Source of the DNA: Eledone cirrhosa
Lineage: Eukaryota
DNA length: 64,000 nucleotides
Assembly: GCA_964016885.1 (NCBI GenBank)
Contig: OZ024743.1
Location: 355,632,001 to 355,696,000, forward strand
Direction: 5' to 3'
Part shown: one piece after another, positions 23,997 through 38,645 of the stretch
How positions within the stretch are numbered: position 1 is the stretch's first letter
How the letters are laid out: every line of letters starts with the position of its first letter
Notes under the pieces: generated by a model
Told to the model about the DNA's origin: nothing
Databases searched by the model: none
Seen by the model: the letters and a program-made list of their open reading frames with translations, nothing else
Made by a program: the position numbers and the translations under genes

Positions 23997-24580
23997 ATAT
24001 TGTTATACTTGGGGAAGGTCATATTGTTGTAATAATATTGCCAGAAATAATAACGGAACACACTTACTGTTTGGTTGGTTTTCGCTTCTGTATCTTTTAT
24101 ATCTCCATAGTTAATTCATTTGGCCATCAATATTTATCACTGACTGACCAACGGTCAAAAACACAGATATAAATACATATATATATAGTCTAACAAAGTT
24201 CTTTCGTTGCTCATCTGCAACATCATCAGTGATACTATTATCTTTCCTCCTGTTGTATTGTATGTCTACTCCATTTTTATTTTATATGTTTATTTCATAA
24301 ACAGATAAAATAAAAATGGCGTACCACTGATTATGTTGCAGATGTGCAGCGAAGAACTTTATTAGACTATATATATGTATTTATATATGTATGTTTGACC
24401 GTTGGTCAGTCAGTGATAAACTATGGAGATATAAAAGATACAGAAGCAAAAACCAACCAAACAGTGAGTGTGTTCTGTTATTATTTCTGGCAATATTATT
24501 ACAACAATATGACCCTCCCCAAGTATAACAATATTTGTTCGACACACGATTTCATATCAATCACCTTGCAAAACAAATTC
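23997..24580. mobile_element. Fold-back PLE pLTR remnant (inverted arms ~23997-24290 / ~24305-24533) with hammerhead
   Basis: Imperfect inverted repeat. Related sequence recurs at 55869-56030, 57560-58380 and 59741-60604. Confidence 0.75.
24185..24238 (-). ncRNA. Minimal hammerhead ribozyme in a fold-back pLTR
   Basis: TATCA-CTGATGA-T-GTTGC(AGATGA)GCAAC-GAAAGAAC-TT-TGTTA. A decayed mirror copy lies at 24321-24370. Confidence 0.68.
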
Positions 24581-24587
24581 ATCGCCG

Positions 24588-24655
<68 letters not shown>

Positions 24656-24705
24656 GACAAACCTAGATTTGGCGCAAAATCAATTTTTAACATTCACGTG
24701 ACCTC

Positions 24706-25030
24706 TACCGACCAATCAAAATTGTTTTGACTACAAGAATTTTTGCAACACGAATTGGCGCGAAACTTATAGTACTCATTCACGTGACAATCAACAACCA
24801 ACCAAATCTTAATACCTCTGGAGCCACTTTTTTCACATAAAACAGATAGAATTTCCAAAACTGACCAGATTAGAGCAAACATCACGAGCGCTCTATCTCA
24901 AAGTTATTTTTGAAAAGCATTAGAAATGCGCAACCGGTAAAAACTTAAAACTAAAACTGAATTACTAATTTTTACTTATTCCTAATTAAACTATTTGTCA
25001 GCATTTTCTTTTCCTTTACTAATATACTAA
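24706..25030 (+). repeat. Unclassified ~300-bp interspersed repeat, second copy at 44583-44890
   Basis: Both copies share ACCGACCAATCAAAATTGTTTTGAC, GAAATGCGCAACCGGTAAAAACTTAAAA and TTTGTCAGCATTTTCT. Confidence 0.7.
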
Positions 25031-25057
25031 CTCGTGTGTTACACCTCTATTCTTTTA

Positions 25058-25572
<515 letters not shown>

Positions 25573-25899
25573 TTATTTTTTTTTTTTATTTATATATGTG
25601 GGGGGGGGGGGCAAAGAGAGAGGGGACAGCCCTGATTTTTCAGCAGGGATATGTTCATAAAGGAGACGACATAAATGAAATCGGCGCAAAGTCAATCCAC
25701 TAGATTATCAAATGAATAGAAATGAGTTCTAGGCGTCCAAATGTTTTCCAATAAAAGTATGCTAGCATAACGTTTTACTAATAAATACAATGTTAATTTC
25801 CTATTTTAACATATAAACTAAATCAGCAACAATAAAATACTATATGAATTACTAAAGGATACTGTAAATATATATTGTAATCTCACCAAGTGATTTTTA

Positions 25900-26600
25900 C
25901 TGAAATCGATGATGCAAGTTTTATAGCAACACTGCGTTGATGGCTCTGCTTGCAGATCATTCACCTCTGATGACCGGGTGCTAGAGTTGGCGCCTTATTA
26001 TACCAGTTCTCGCATTTTTCGCATTTAATTCAGCTTCCCGCTTTATATCAGTTGTGAAAATGGCCCCCGAGATACTTGAACTTCCACCGCCTGCTTCAGT
26101 GTAACACAACTAACATGCAAAGTACAATGCGCATACTTTCTCTAGAGAACTATTGTGTCAGTACCTGCAGAGCTAATTTTTATTCCTGCCTTGCAGCACT
26201 CAGCAGTAAATGTATCAAGTGCATGCTGGGGAACACATTCCGTGAATTAAGTAGCAGTATGTCGTGTACAGATATCAACCGACTGATGCAACACCTGTCG
26301 GTTTTGATAGCATTTCCATCCCGGCTGCGCATACCAAACCAATATATATGAAGATTATGAACTAGCGAGATGACAAAACCCATACCTGACGGCGTCCGAC
26401 ACCCACATTGAATGGGTCTTTTCAACTTAGTACCATTTATCTGTACCGGGACTTCAAGACAATAAGTACTTGTCCGTTCGTCCATCACATACTCATGGAG
26501 AACCTTCCATAACAAATCCCTTGGCACGAGTTCATATGCCCCTTCAAAGTCAACGGAACAAGCATACATCTCTTGGCAATACTACCACGAGTAAATATTT
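25900..26600 (-). pseudogene. Decayed RTE-like RT fragment
   Basis: ACSVDFEGAYELVPRDLLWKVLHEY, followed by a frameshifted VGVGRRQ-like segment (cf. VGVGLRQG). Confidence 0.6.
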
Positions 26601-26690
26601 GGTTGGTAGTTTCTCAGTTAGTTTGGGCTCGACAATGTCCAAAAATTGTGTTGAAACTCCAAACAAGACAACACACACACACACACACAC

Positions 26691-26759
<69 letters not shown>

Positions 26760-26762
<3 letters not shown>

Positions 26763-28344
26763 AATATCTTTAAGTCGTTTGGAAGCCTCGACAATGCAAA
26801 TGGGTAAATCTCCGGGTAACAAGATCCGGTGGTGGAGAGAGAGGTGTAAGTGGGTGTACGTTGAGATGCGTGGTGTGTATCAGATGTGTAAGATGTGTAG
26901 AAGAATGAAGGGAAGAGTATAAAGGATAAAATTAAAATAACAACACAAGAGAGAGTTACCTTGGGAGAGATTTAATAGTCCCTATATATTTCGGATTCAC
27001 ATCCATCAACTGGGGTTTTTTTCCGGGTGGGGGAAAGGTTGTCTGTCGGACAGGTGCGAAACGCGTCCTCCGCTGTTTGTTGTTTTGAATATCTGAGGTA
27101 TTCGGCAGAGCGCGCGTGCGCGTGAAATGAGGTCGGTCGGGCAGAGGTCAGCGGCCGAATGAGGGAGTGGAGTGGCGCTAGCTGTCAGTCCATTCTCTGC
27201 CTGTTTGTTAAATGTTACTGTGTGTGTGTGTGCGTGTGTTGTTGTCTCGCTTGAGTGTGTGTGTGTGTGTGCGTGTGTTGTTGCCTTGTTCCTCTGTATT
27301 GGCAGTGTAGTATGTTCGTATGGTGGAATGCTACTGTGTGTGTGTGCGTGTGTGTGTGTAGTTGTCTCGTTTGTGTGTGTGTGTGCGTGTTTTGTGTGTT
27401 GCTGCATCGTTTGTTAACTTAAACCAGCCGTCTCATTTCGCTTCTCTCTGATCGGTTGTTTATTTGCGGTGGCAGGTGTTTGATAAAAAGCGCTTCCTTG
27501 ATACGTAACGTGCCGACGTTTCTTTCAGTCGCTAGAATTGTGACAATGGGCCTTCCGTCTTTGTTTCCGCATTTGTCTATGTGTTTCCGGAAAGACGAGG
27601 CCCTTGTTTTAGTGTGTTCCTTGATCCGGATGTGCAAAGGTCGGATTGTGCTACCTATGTAGTATTGGTTGCACCTGTCACATTCTATCTGATACACGAC
27701 GTATGTGCGTAGGCAACAGTTCGCATGGCGTATCGGGCAGTCTCTGAGGGAGCATGCGTCAGTAGATTTCCCGGGTTTCCTGGAGAGGCATCTTCGCACA
27801 CACACACAGTAGCATTCCATCATACGAACATACTACACTTCCAATACAGAGGAACAAGGCAACAACACACGCACACACACACACAGTAACATTTAACAAA
27901 CAGGCAGAGAATGGACTGACAGCTAGCGCCACCCCACTCCCTCATTCGGCCGCTGACCTCTGCCCGACCGACCCCATTTTACGCGCACGCGCGCTCTGCC
28001 GAATACCTCAGATATTCAAAACAACAAACAGCGGAGGACGCGTTTCGCACCTGTCCGACAGACAACCTTTCCCCCACCCCGGAAAAACCCCCAGTTGATG
28101 GATGTGAATCCGAAATATATAGGGACTATTAAATCTCTCCTAAGGTAACTCTCACTTGTGTTGTTATTTTAATTTTATCCTTTATACTCTTCCCTTCATT
28201 CTTCTACACATCTTACACATCTTATACACACCACGCATCTCAACGTACACCCACTTACACCTCTCTCTCCACCACCGGATCTTGTTACCCGGAGATTTAC
28301 CCATTTGCATTGTCGAGGCTTCCAAACGACTTAAAGATATTTAC
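26760..28344 (-). mobile_element. 5'-truncated PLE: GIY-YIG fragment (27419-27795) with ~550-bp inverted pLTR arms (26760-27345 / 27795-28344)
   Basis: VVYQIECDRCNQYYIGSTIRPLHIRIKEH..LRIKEALFIK..PQINNRSE. Arms are near-identical. Left end is on (TA)n. Confidence 0.88.
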
Positions 28345-29917
28345 TTATTATTCCACAATGCTTCAAGCAAACTTCAATACTCTCTTATATATATATATAT
28401 ATATATACACATACATACATGCATATATATATGTGTGTGTGTGTGTGTGTGTATGTATGTGTGTAGGATGCTTTGTTTTATTTTAGTTTATTTAAATATC
28501 GAACATTCAACTTTATTATGTAATTTTATGTTTAGCTTATAATTTATAATGTTACAAATATTTATACATAGTTACATATTCTATTTGATTAAAACTGTAA
28601 GTCAAAATTTGAAATTAACTGTCTGTTTAATACTAATGATATTTAAGTCCTATTTTTTTTTTTGTTTAACTCTTAATTCATAACTTTGATTTAATGGATT
28701 GACATTTCAAGCAAAATCATACTAACATAATTGATTCGAACTTACATCACTTATATATCTAATCAACTCCATAACTAACTTTACGAGTCTGATGTAACAA
28801 CTATAAATACTATACTCAATGTATAATGCATAGTCTCAAAGATTTGATCTTCAGGAAGTATTAATCTAATTTTTACTATTTTGCTATGGAATACCAAACG
28901 CTCGTTTTCTAACATATTATATTGCAATTTTACGGCAACTTAATGATATTCTTCACACTAAATTTGAATTTAAGTTAAGCTTTTACTGTGCATTTTATTA
29001 ATACATCCAATATTCTATTTTTTAACATTTGGTATCATTTCGAAAATATTAAGAAACCCTATTAAAACTTATCCATCTACGATTTTCGAAAATCTTAACT
29101 TTCTTTTTTAAATTCAAAATTTATTAACATTAAATTTTAATTAATATAAAATATGGAAAGAGATAGAAGGTTAAAACAATGCAAAATGGACTGTAAGATG
29201 AGGTAACGAAAAAGTAAGTTACCTGGTAATCTATGATTTATTTTTAGTTATTACTGTTCTTTCTTCTGTCCTAATATTTCTGGATCTAAAATTCCCTTCT
29301 TCATAGTTTAAGGAACTTGCAGAGAATAATGTTCCGGTTTCTTCTCTTTGGGATTAAATTATTATTATTAATTTATATATTTTAAACTCTGTATTGTCAC
29401 ACACAAATAATATGTTGACTCTGTATCCAGTCATCTTATTGACGAAAAACAAGTAACTTACGTACTTTACTAGACAGAGATTAAGCTGTAAACACACACG
29501 CATATACAAAGAGAGAAAAACACGTATACACACACATATGCACAAACATACCGATATGCAGTGAACGAAGGCATGGTTGAGGCGTTAAGAACTTTACTTC
29601 GCAAACTTCAGGGTTCAATGCCACCTCGTGGCATCTCGGACAAGTTTTCTTATTATAGCTTCAGATCGACCAAAATCTTGTGAATGATGTTGGCTTGGTT
29701 GTAACTGTGTGGAAGCCCGTCAAATGGATTGTACCTGTAATTCAAAGGCCTAGCCTTGTCATATATTGTGTCACTAATTCGGCTTACTCAACCCTTGGAA
29801 TATTCACCCATTTATACGTTCATTGATAAGATGGACTTTTATTTGAGCGAAGAATTGAATATGCATCGACGAAGACTTCGGGGTGAATCTATCATACATA
29901 TATTCACATACATGTAT

Positions 29918-29952
<35 letters not shown>

Positions 29953-30120
29953 CAAAGATCGGAATTAAGATATATATATATATATATATATATGTTTGTG
30001 TGTGTGTGTGTGCGTATATAACTATATATACATACACATATATACACATATATACGTGTATATAGAGACACATATATATACATACATACATATATACATG
30101 TATATATATACGTATATGTG

Positions 30121-30221
<101 letters not shown>

Positions 30222-30477
30222 GGAATTTTCTTTATGTTTCAAACCTAAGTAACTAATGGACGGATGTTGCATCCTAGTAAAAACAAACCAACATTCATTA
30301 GCAATGGAAATAACGTTTCCTCGTTTCTCTTATATTCTCTCTGTAATCTTTTGAAATTTCATTAAGCACTTTGTTTTGTACTTCTGGTTGTGTCTGTGAA
30401 TCTGTGTGTGACCACCCATCCTTCCATTCATTCATTCATTCATCCATTCATCTATCCAAATATACATACATACATAC

Positions 30478-30991
30478 AACAAACGAGGAAGAATATATTG
30501 AGACAGATGGCACTAAGGAATACTGGTGGAACCTGAAAATAAAAACTGCCACCAAATTAAAGCACAACGGGCCTGATATTGTAGTTTGGGACCACACATT
30601 GAAAACGTGTTCTGTTGTGGAGATCAGCTGCCCACTTGATGTAAACGTTGTCAAAAAAATACAGGAGAAGGAGGACATCTACGGACCATTGATGAGGAGT
30701 TTACAAATCCAGTATCCAAGATACACCTTTAGCTTCATACCCATCATTGTTGGAGCTGCGGGTTATATACCAACCCGTTTGGACCGAAGTATGACTGAAC
30801 TTGGATTTGCGGACAAAGAGCGCAGCTCCCTAATTCATAGCCTACAAATGGCTGCGATAGCTTGCACTTTCAAAATTTGCAAAACATTCTTGCGATTCAA
30901 GGAATGACAATTTTCTTTTCTTTTACAAACTTGCCACCAGGAAGGTGGCCGGTCAAAAAAATATACTCGGTATTAAGAGAAAGAGATAAAA
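30478..30991 (+). mobile_element. 5'-truncated RLE-type (R4-like) LINE 3' end: restriction-like endonuclease domain + 3' UTR
   Basis: Open frame to 30907 with KHNGPDIVVWD..CSVVEISCP..EKEDIY..FIPIIVGAAGYIP (RLE PD..D/E core). An ~85-bp 3' UTR is followed by (CATA)n, and (TACA)n also lies on the 5' side. Confidence 0.82.
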
Positions 30992-31773
30992 CATACATTC
31001 ATACATTCATACATACATACATAGATACATACATAGTACATACATACATACATACATACATACATACATACATACATACATACATACATACATACATACA
31101 TACATACATACATAATGGCTGTATCATGATTTAGAGAATGGCCATTACTTCATCTTTTTCTCACATGGTTGGAACGAACGTGACCTTTTAGTCTGGCAAG
31201 GACTTACTTTCCTTTCTGTATATGTTATAGAAAAACACAACTTTTACCGCTAAGGCAAGACATGCCCTTGCAACACACGTGAAAAATGTTTAGATATCGA
31301 GTGCGGCCTTGACCAAGTGAGCGTAAAACAGATATCTTCAGGACTTAATAATTCCTTCCTCAGATGGGGAATTCTCAGAGTAAAACGTCCCTGTCTTATC
31401 GCTTTGAAATTTGATTTAAATTAAAAATTTCGAAACCGCTTTCAAGCGTTGTTTGACGTTTGTTTTCCGCGAGCATCAGGAGAATGACGTCATTTGCCAT
31501 ATATATATTCCTCTGTAAATTGTGGTGTTTAGGCTGTATGTATATTGCTGGGGTTATATTATCACTGAAGTGTGTATGTATGTATAGACACTTTCTCTAC
31601 TATATCAAACATAAATCTAATAATATATTTCTTCGTTGTTCTGTGTCGTTTGCTTTATCAGTTTTTTGCCATTTGCAACGAAATTTCATTTCTCACTCTT
31701 AGTACGGCACTTACTTAAATGTAAGTATGTGTGTATACGTACATACATATATGTATACAGACGTACAGTAGCA

Positions 31774-31863
<90 letters not shown>

Positions 31864-32126
31864 TACATACAGGTACACATACATATATGCACGTATCAGC
31901 ACCGTATACCCATCTGGCAGATGGGTATACAGTGCTGATGATAGCTAACAAGCTTGAAACTAGTACATCGTTCCTGTGTCAGTGTTGAACAAAAAGGTGA
32001 TGTGGTTGCCTTAACACCGTACGGCATAAAAATTCAGGCTGTTCAGTTTGTTTACAAACGAACAAAGCGGCGTTATAATAAGCGTCCGCTAAACTGATAC
32101 GTGCATATGTGTATTATGTGTACCTG

Positions 32127-32215
<89 letters not shown>

Positions 32216-32260
32216 AATATAATAAATAAATAACAAAGAACGCTTATAGCATATGCATAT

Positions 32261-32318
32261 CTTTACTTGCTAACATTGTTTCATCCACACTATAAGTGGG
32301 TCTCATCAGAGCATAAAG
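32261..32318 (-). ncRNA. Hammerhead ribozyme, 3' end of the inverted PLE copy
   Basis: Reverse complement of 44366-44423 (GACCC variant). Confidence 0.8.
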
Positions 32319-33019
32319 GTTAATTACATACCATACAAGCAATACCAAATCCAAGACATTGAAGAATGAAAGGTAATAATAGACGATAGAGGATAAGAAT
32401 AAAAATAAAAATAAAAATAAAAGTAAAAATAAAAATAAAAATAAAAATAAAAGTAAAAATAAAAATAAAAATAAAAATAAGGGGTGCTATCTGTCACAGT
32501 TGGGCGGTGTGCTGTCAACATATAGTTACATACAAGCATACACATGGATAAGGGAACAGACAAGAGTAGACACATGGATAAGAGAACAGACAAGAGTAGA
32601 TAAGATAATGGGATTAGGTAAGAGTAGGTAAAAAAATAGGTAAAAAATAGGTAAAAAACAGACTTATAATATATATAAAAAGAAATACAAAGAAATACAT
32701 AACAAACTTACATATAAAATATAAAATATAGGGTAAGGAATGAGATAAAATAATATACAATTAAAAATTAAAAATTATATACATAGAACATAATATAGTA
32801 TAATCGTAAAATAAGATAAAATAAGGTAAACTAAAATCAAATAACATAGACTAAATTAAAATTAAAATCAAATGTGTAATTATAATTATATGTATAATTA
32901 AATGTAATTAAATGTAATTAAATAAATAAATAAAGAAATAAATAAATAAAAATTAAATAAATAAATAAAATTAAAATTTAAATTTTTAAAATTTTAAAAT
33001 TAAAATCTAAATTTAAATA

Positions 33020-33066
<47 letters not shown>

Positions 33067-34668
33067 ATGGAGTCAAGTAAGTAAATAAATAAAATTAGAT
33101 AACATGAAATGAAATAAAATAAAATGAAATAAAGTAAATTGAGATAAGATATATATTTTTTTTAAATATATCTCTTGAATATATCAGGGGCCCACGAAGG
33201 CACTAAATGTCACAGTTATGTGTATCACTTGACCAATTTTTCAAAATACATTTCTTGAAAACATCAGGGGCCCACGAAGGCACTAAGTGTCACAGTCACC
33301 AGTATCACTTGACCATTGCAAGGCAATGGAGGCGTCCCAGGTTGGGCAGTCTCGAAAGTTCACTCGAAAGTCATGGGTGTGCATTCACACAGTTGAGCGG
33401 TGGGGTAATCACAAACCGGTTCACACACCAATTTTTTTAAAATATATTTCTTGAAAACATCAGGGGCCCACGAAGGCGCTAAGTGTCACAGTCACCAGTA
33501 TCACTCGAGCGGTGGGGTAATCACAAACCGGTTCAACACGGGCAGGAGTCAAATGGTCAGAGAGGTGCATCAAAGGAGGTAGAAGAATTCACATGCATTA
33601 GCAAGCGTGAGGTTAAAGCAAGCAGATACAGTTGTAGCGCATACAAAATATAAAAAGATAGCTTCAAGAGCCATTAAGTCACCGCATTGGGACATCACAA
33701 GATTGTACACATCAATATGTTCAGTACGTATATGCACGTATACACACCACATGCACATGCAGAGACGGTATACATATATATATATATATATTTTTTTATA
33801 TATACACACAGACACATATAACCACCTACACCCATACACATATAAATGTATACACGGGCACACACGCACACACACACAGCGTAGGACACCCGGGTCAAAG
33901 CCGATATTAAATACGATATTAAATACAATATTAAATATTAAACACCGAAATACCACATTAGATCAGACCCACCACCACAGGTAATATATTCAAAACAAAT
34001 ACATACGATGAGATGTATTAAAATAAAGTTGAAATCCTACGGAGATATTCATGTCTGCACGTGCCATTGACCGATTCGAGTGTACACAGACCGTTAGTAA
34101 CTACGGAGGGCCATCGGGGCCAAAACGTTACTTTCGGGATCATAAAAACGACCGTCAATATAAGGAAGGCCGATCGTGCTAGAAAGACTACAACCCCGGG
34201 TAAGAGTTCCCAGAGGTCAGCCTGTAGATCTTGAACCACAGAATATGAGGGCAACACATATATGCGCCACGTATCCACTGCTTACGGCAGGATGGCACGG
34301 GTCCGCCACAGTTACAGGCTAAATTTCTACTAGTGCAGCCTAAATCACAGTACACGCTTTACATAAATACATTACATCACAACTCATGCGCATACAGAGG
34401 TACAGATCAACAAGATATACGTCAGGATAGGTCCACCAATGCACTAATGGTGGGTAGGCCAGCGTGGATGGGTTACATCCACTGTACCAAACAGGGGTGC
34501 TTATTAACATACACTCCCCTGCACACCCCAATATCAAGATCAATATCCTCCCACAGGCATACGTATACATTCACAGACTCGTATACATAGACGACCAACA
34601 TTAGGAGACAGTTACACTCAGTCAGAGACAGTTACACAAGACAGCCCAACTGGAGGAATAAGGACGTG

Positions 34669-37156
34669 CTAGCTAACAGGTTTAAAGTAGAAGAAAGAGC
34701 TTAATATTCGGTGGGGGCAAGAGGAAAAAATTTCAGACTTTCTATTTAGTAGAGGGCATTTAGCAAATATAATAGAGTGGGATTCGGCAAGGCACAGGTT
34801 GGATACTCTACTATGAGGAGTATATGGATGGGATTTAGCAACCTGCCGCCAAGTAAGTGTGTAAGGTGTTCGTGCATTTTTTTAATTATGGACGTACGCT
34901 GCCAAGGAGGTGGAGTTCTTCAGTTTATTATGTCTAAAAGTGCATTGATGAGAGTTAAACCTGGTCTTAAAGGGGGTGGAAGTTGATCCTATATAGGTTA
35001 TAGTGGACGCCGTAGTTACCACATCACACGCATAAACTATGTTTCTAACAAGGCAGAAACCATTCAGGGGGCAGCCCGAAGCCCTTCTACAGTTACAACC
35101 TCTGGTGATGCTATTCTCAGAAAGATCACCACCAGTGTCACTGCCCACTCTATCCACTACCGTGTTTTCCCCTAGGCTTAGGTTGTCCAGGCCTTTCTTT
35201 ATTTTCTTATTATTAGTAATGGCCAGATGAGAGGCTAGATTTTGGGTTGTAGAATATGAAAGTTTAACAACATTCTTATTGAGGATAGAGTGGTACCTAT
35301 TACCAGGAGGGAAGTTCCGTTCTAGCACAGAGAAGAAGGCCCTAGGAATATTTGTAGCCACTTCAGAATTAAAAGGGGGGTTGAAGTATGTATTCAATCT
35401 TCTTCTATTCTTTTTATTCTTTCTATTTCCATCAGTATTATTAGCATTATTATTTCTACGGTTCCTATGCTCACCTAGTCTATGCGGGGAGCTGCGAGGC
35501 CCACCATTGCTATTACTTAGACTAATGGTTCCCTGCTGGTTCATTCCACCGGCATCTAGAAACCTCCCGTTCACGACACCTCTATTGTTATTACTTAGAC
35601 TAATGGTGCCCTGCTGTTTCATTCCACCGGCATTTAGAACCCTCCCATTCGCGACACCTCGATTACCAATGGACATATTATGTGTTATAACAACACTGGT
35701 AGAGCTACTATTAGGACCATTATTTCCCTGGGTGTAATACAATTTGTCCCTAAAGCCGGATCTAGCTAAGGCGTCGTTATAGTAATCAGCCTGCGAGTCA
35801 AACGCCTCCTCACTATGTGAGAGTGAACTTATTCTATTAGATACGCCCTTCAGTATACCGCTGATGACAGACCTAGTGTGGTTGGAGTAGGTATTCACGT
35901 AAGTCAGCAATTCATTGGGCTTATTGTACGGTGTGTACGTATGGTTATCCAAGTCCAGTGTAACATCTAGGAAGTTCACAGTTCTATCATTTACATCCAT
36001 TGTAATGGATAGGTTAAAAGTTTTAAAAAAGCTATGCAGCTTTTTCCTAATGCGCTCTATATTATACTTACTAGTATCTATGGAGAGTAGGGCGTCATCT
36101 CGGTACAACCCACCCCTAAGGAAAGGGAAGTTACTATGCAGTTCATTGAGGAGGTATAGTCCAACCAAGTCTGTGACTTGAGCAGAGTCACTCGACCCCA
36201 TAGTGATGTCAAAATTATCAGGTGTGTTTTTTCTCGTCCATAGATTATCCTCAAACATGATAATGGTTTTACGTGCAGCGAGAACAATATCTATCTGTGG
36301 CCTAGTAATTGCCCCCCTCCGCATGGCTAGGATGAGGGCCTTATTGAGGATAATAGGAGATATAGATGTATAATAAGCATCAATATCAAATTGGATGAAT
36401 TTTAGTGAGTCACGACCACAATCAGTAGAGAACCATGTAATGACCTCACTAGTGTTACCCCAAAGCTCAAGGAAAGTTTTTTCTCTAACCAGGGGAATAA
36501 CGCTATCCAAGATTCCCTTACTAATAATCCCCAGGTCAGACTTGGAGGGGCAGAAAGCCTAACCGAGGGTCTGCTAATAAAATCTTCCTTGTGGTCCTTG
36601 AGGGTGAATTTAGGCTGCCTGGGGTAATAAGGCTGAGTGTGTTTATCCAGACCTAATTTTACCACTATGTTATACCCCTCCAGATTAATATTATCTAAAT
36701 TACTCTGCGTTGTTTTTTTGTAGTTCCTATGTAGTTCATTATAAATGAAGCCTCGATAGGTTTTATAATCCATACTATATAAGTTTTTAGCTTTGTCAGA
36801 GGGGACCAGAATGGATTTATTATCCCTAAAGTCCCTAACGATTGAACTTAGTTTACTCTGAAATTTATTGGTACATCTAGATTTTTTATATCTAATATTC
36901 CTAACAAGGGATAATAGCTCACTTTCGAAGTTATCCAACAGGCTATTATGCGGGGGGCTCCTATAGGTCTTAAATCCATAATTATTAAAACTACGCCTCT
37001 CCTCAGGGCTATCATACCTCCTATCAAAGTGGAACGCACGCCACCGAACACGTTTTACGAATGAGTTTATGCTAGTTATCAATGATTTCTCATACGAGAT
37101 TTTAGGGGGGTGGGAATATTCTTCAAGGAAATGGGTAAGTATGTCTTTGTTAGCAT
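34669..37156 (-). pseudogene. PLE RT + GIY-YIG ORF, disrupted
   Basis: FDIDAYYTSI, MGSSDSAQVTDLVGLYLL, GLYRDDAL, VNFLDVTLDL, CNCRRASGCPLNGFC, YACDVV..TYIGST..FKTRFNSH. It has a 1-nt deletion near 36555, a TTA>TAA stop at 34882-34884 and a frameshift at the C6 run. Confidence 0.9.
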
Positions 37157-37362
37157 ACTGCCTGATAATATACAAGGACGCAAATCCGCGTATATCAAAG
37201 TTTAAGCTCAACCAGTGGGAGCCGTATAGTATGCTAGGGAAAGGATCAGGGGTGTATAACACTCCACTTATCCAGCAGGCAGTATGAGGTTAGCTCAATG
37301 TCTGAGGACAGAGCCGTAATATAATAAATAAATAACAAAGAACGCTTATAGCATATGCATAT

Positions 37363-37420
37363 CTTTACTTGCTAACATTGTTTCATCCACACTATAAGTG
37401 GGACTCATCAGAGCATAAAG
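37363..37420 (-). ncRNA. Hammerhead ribozyme, 5' end of the inverted PLE copy
   Basis: Reverse complement of 39349-39406 (GTCCC variant). Confidence 0.83.
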
Positions 37421-38610
37421 GTTAATTACATACCATACAAGCAATACCAAATCCAAGACATTGAAGAATGAAAGGTAATAATAGACGATAGAGGATAAGA
37501 ATAAAAATAAAAATTATATTGACGGTCGTTTTTATGATCCCGAAAGTAACGTTTTGGCCCCGATGGCCCTCCGTAGTTACTAACGGTCTGTGTACACTCG
37601 AATCGGTCAATGGCACGTGCAGACATGAATATCTCCGTAGGATTTCAACTTTATTTTAATACATCTCATCGTATGTATTTGTTTTGAATATATTACCTGT
37701 GGTGGTGGGTCTGATCTAATGTGGTATTTCGGTGTTTAATATTTAATATTGTATTTAATATCGTATTTAATATCGGCTTTGACCCGGGTGTCCTACGCTG
37801 TGTGTGTGTGCGTGTGTGCCCGTGTATACATTTATATGTGTATGGGTGTAGGTGGTTATATGTGTCTGTGTGTATATATAAAAAAATATATATATATATA
37901 TATGTATACCGTCTCTGCATGTGCATGTGGTGTGTATACGTGCATATACGTACTGAACATATTGATGTGTACAATCTTGTGATGTCCCAATGCGGTGACT
38001 TAATGGCTCTTGAAGCTATCTTTTTATATTTTGTATGCGCTACAACTGTATCTGCTTGCTTTAACCTCACGCTTGCTAATGCATGTGAATTCTTCTACCT
38101 CCTTTGATGCACCTCTCTGACCATTTGACTCCTGCCCGTGTTGAACCGGTTTGTGATTACCCCACCGCTCGAGTGATACTGGTGACTGTGACACTTAGCG
38201 CCTTCGTGGGCCCCTGATGTTTTCAAGAAATATATTTTAAAAAAATTGGTGTGTGAACCGGTTTGTGATTACCCCACCGCTCAACTGTGTGAATGCACAC
38301 CCATGACTTTCGAGTGAACTTTCGAGACTGCCCAACCTGGGACGCCTCCATTGCCTTGCAATGGTCAAGTGATACTGGTGACTGTGACACTTAGTGCCTT
38401 CGTGGGCCCCTGATGTTTTCAAGAGATGTATTTTGAAAAATTGGTCAAGTGATACACATAACTGTGACATTTAGTGCCTTCGTGGGCCCCTGATATATTC
38501 AAGAGATATATTTTTAAAAAATATATATCTTATCTCAATTTACTTTATTTCATTTTATTTTATTTCATTTCATGTTATCTAATTTTATTTATTTACTTAC
38601 TTGACTCCAT

Positions 38611-38645
<35 letters not shown>

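Larger units (their letters stand above)
32217..37514 (-). mobile_element. Penelope-like element, inverted full copy (short 5' pLTR part, ORF, long 3' region)
   Basis: Near-identical reverse complement of ~39255-44468. Left end abuts (TA)n. Confidence 0.93.
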
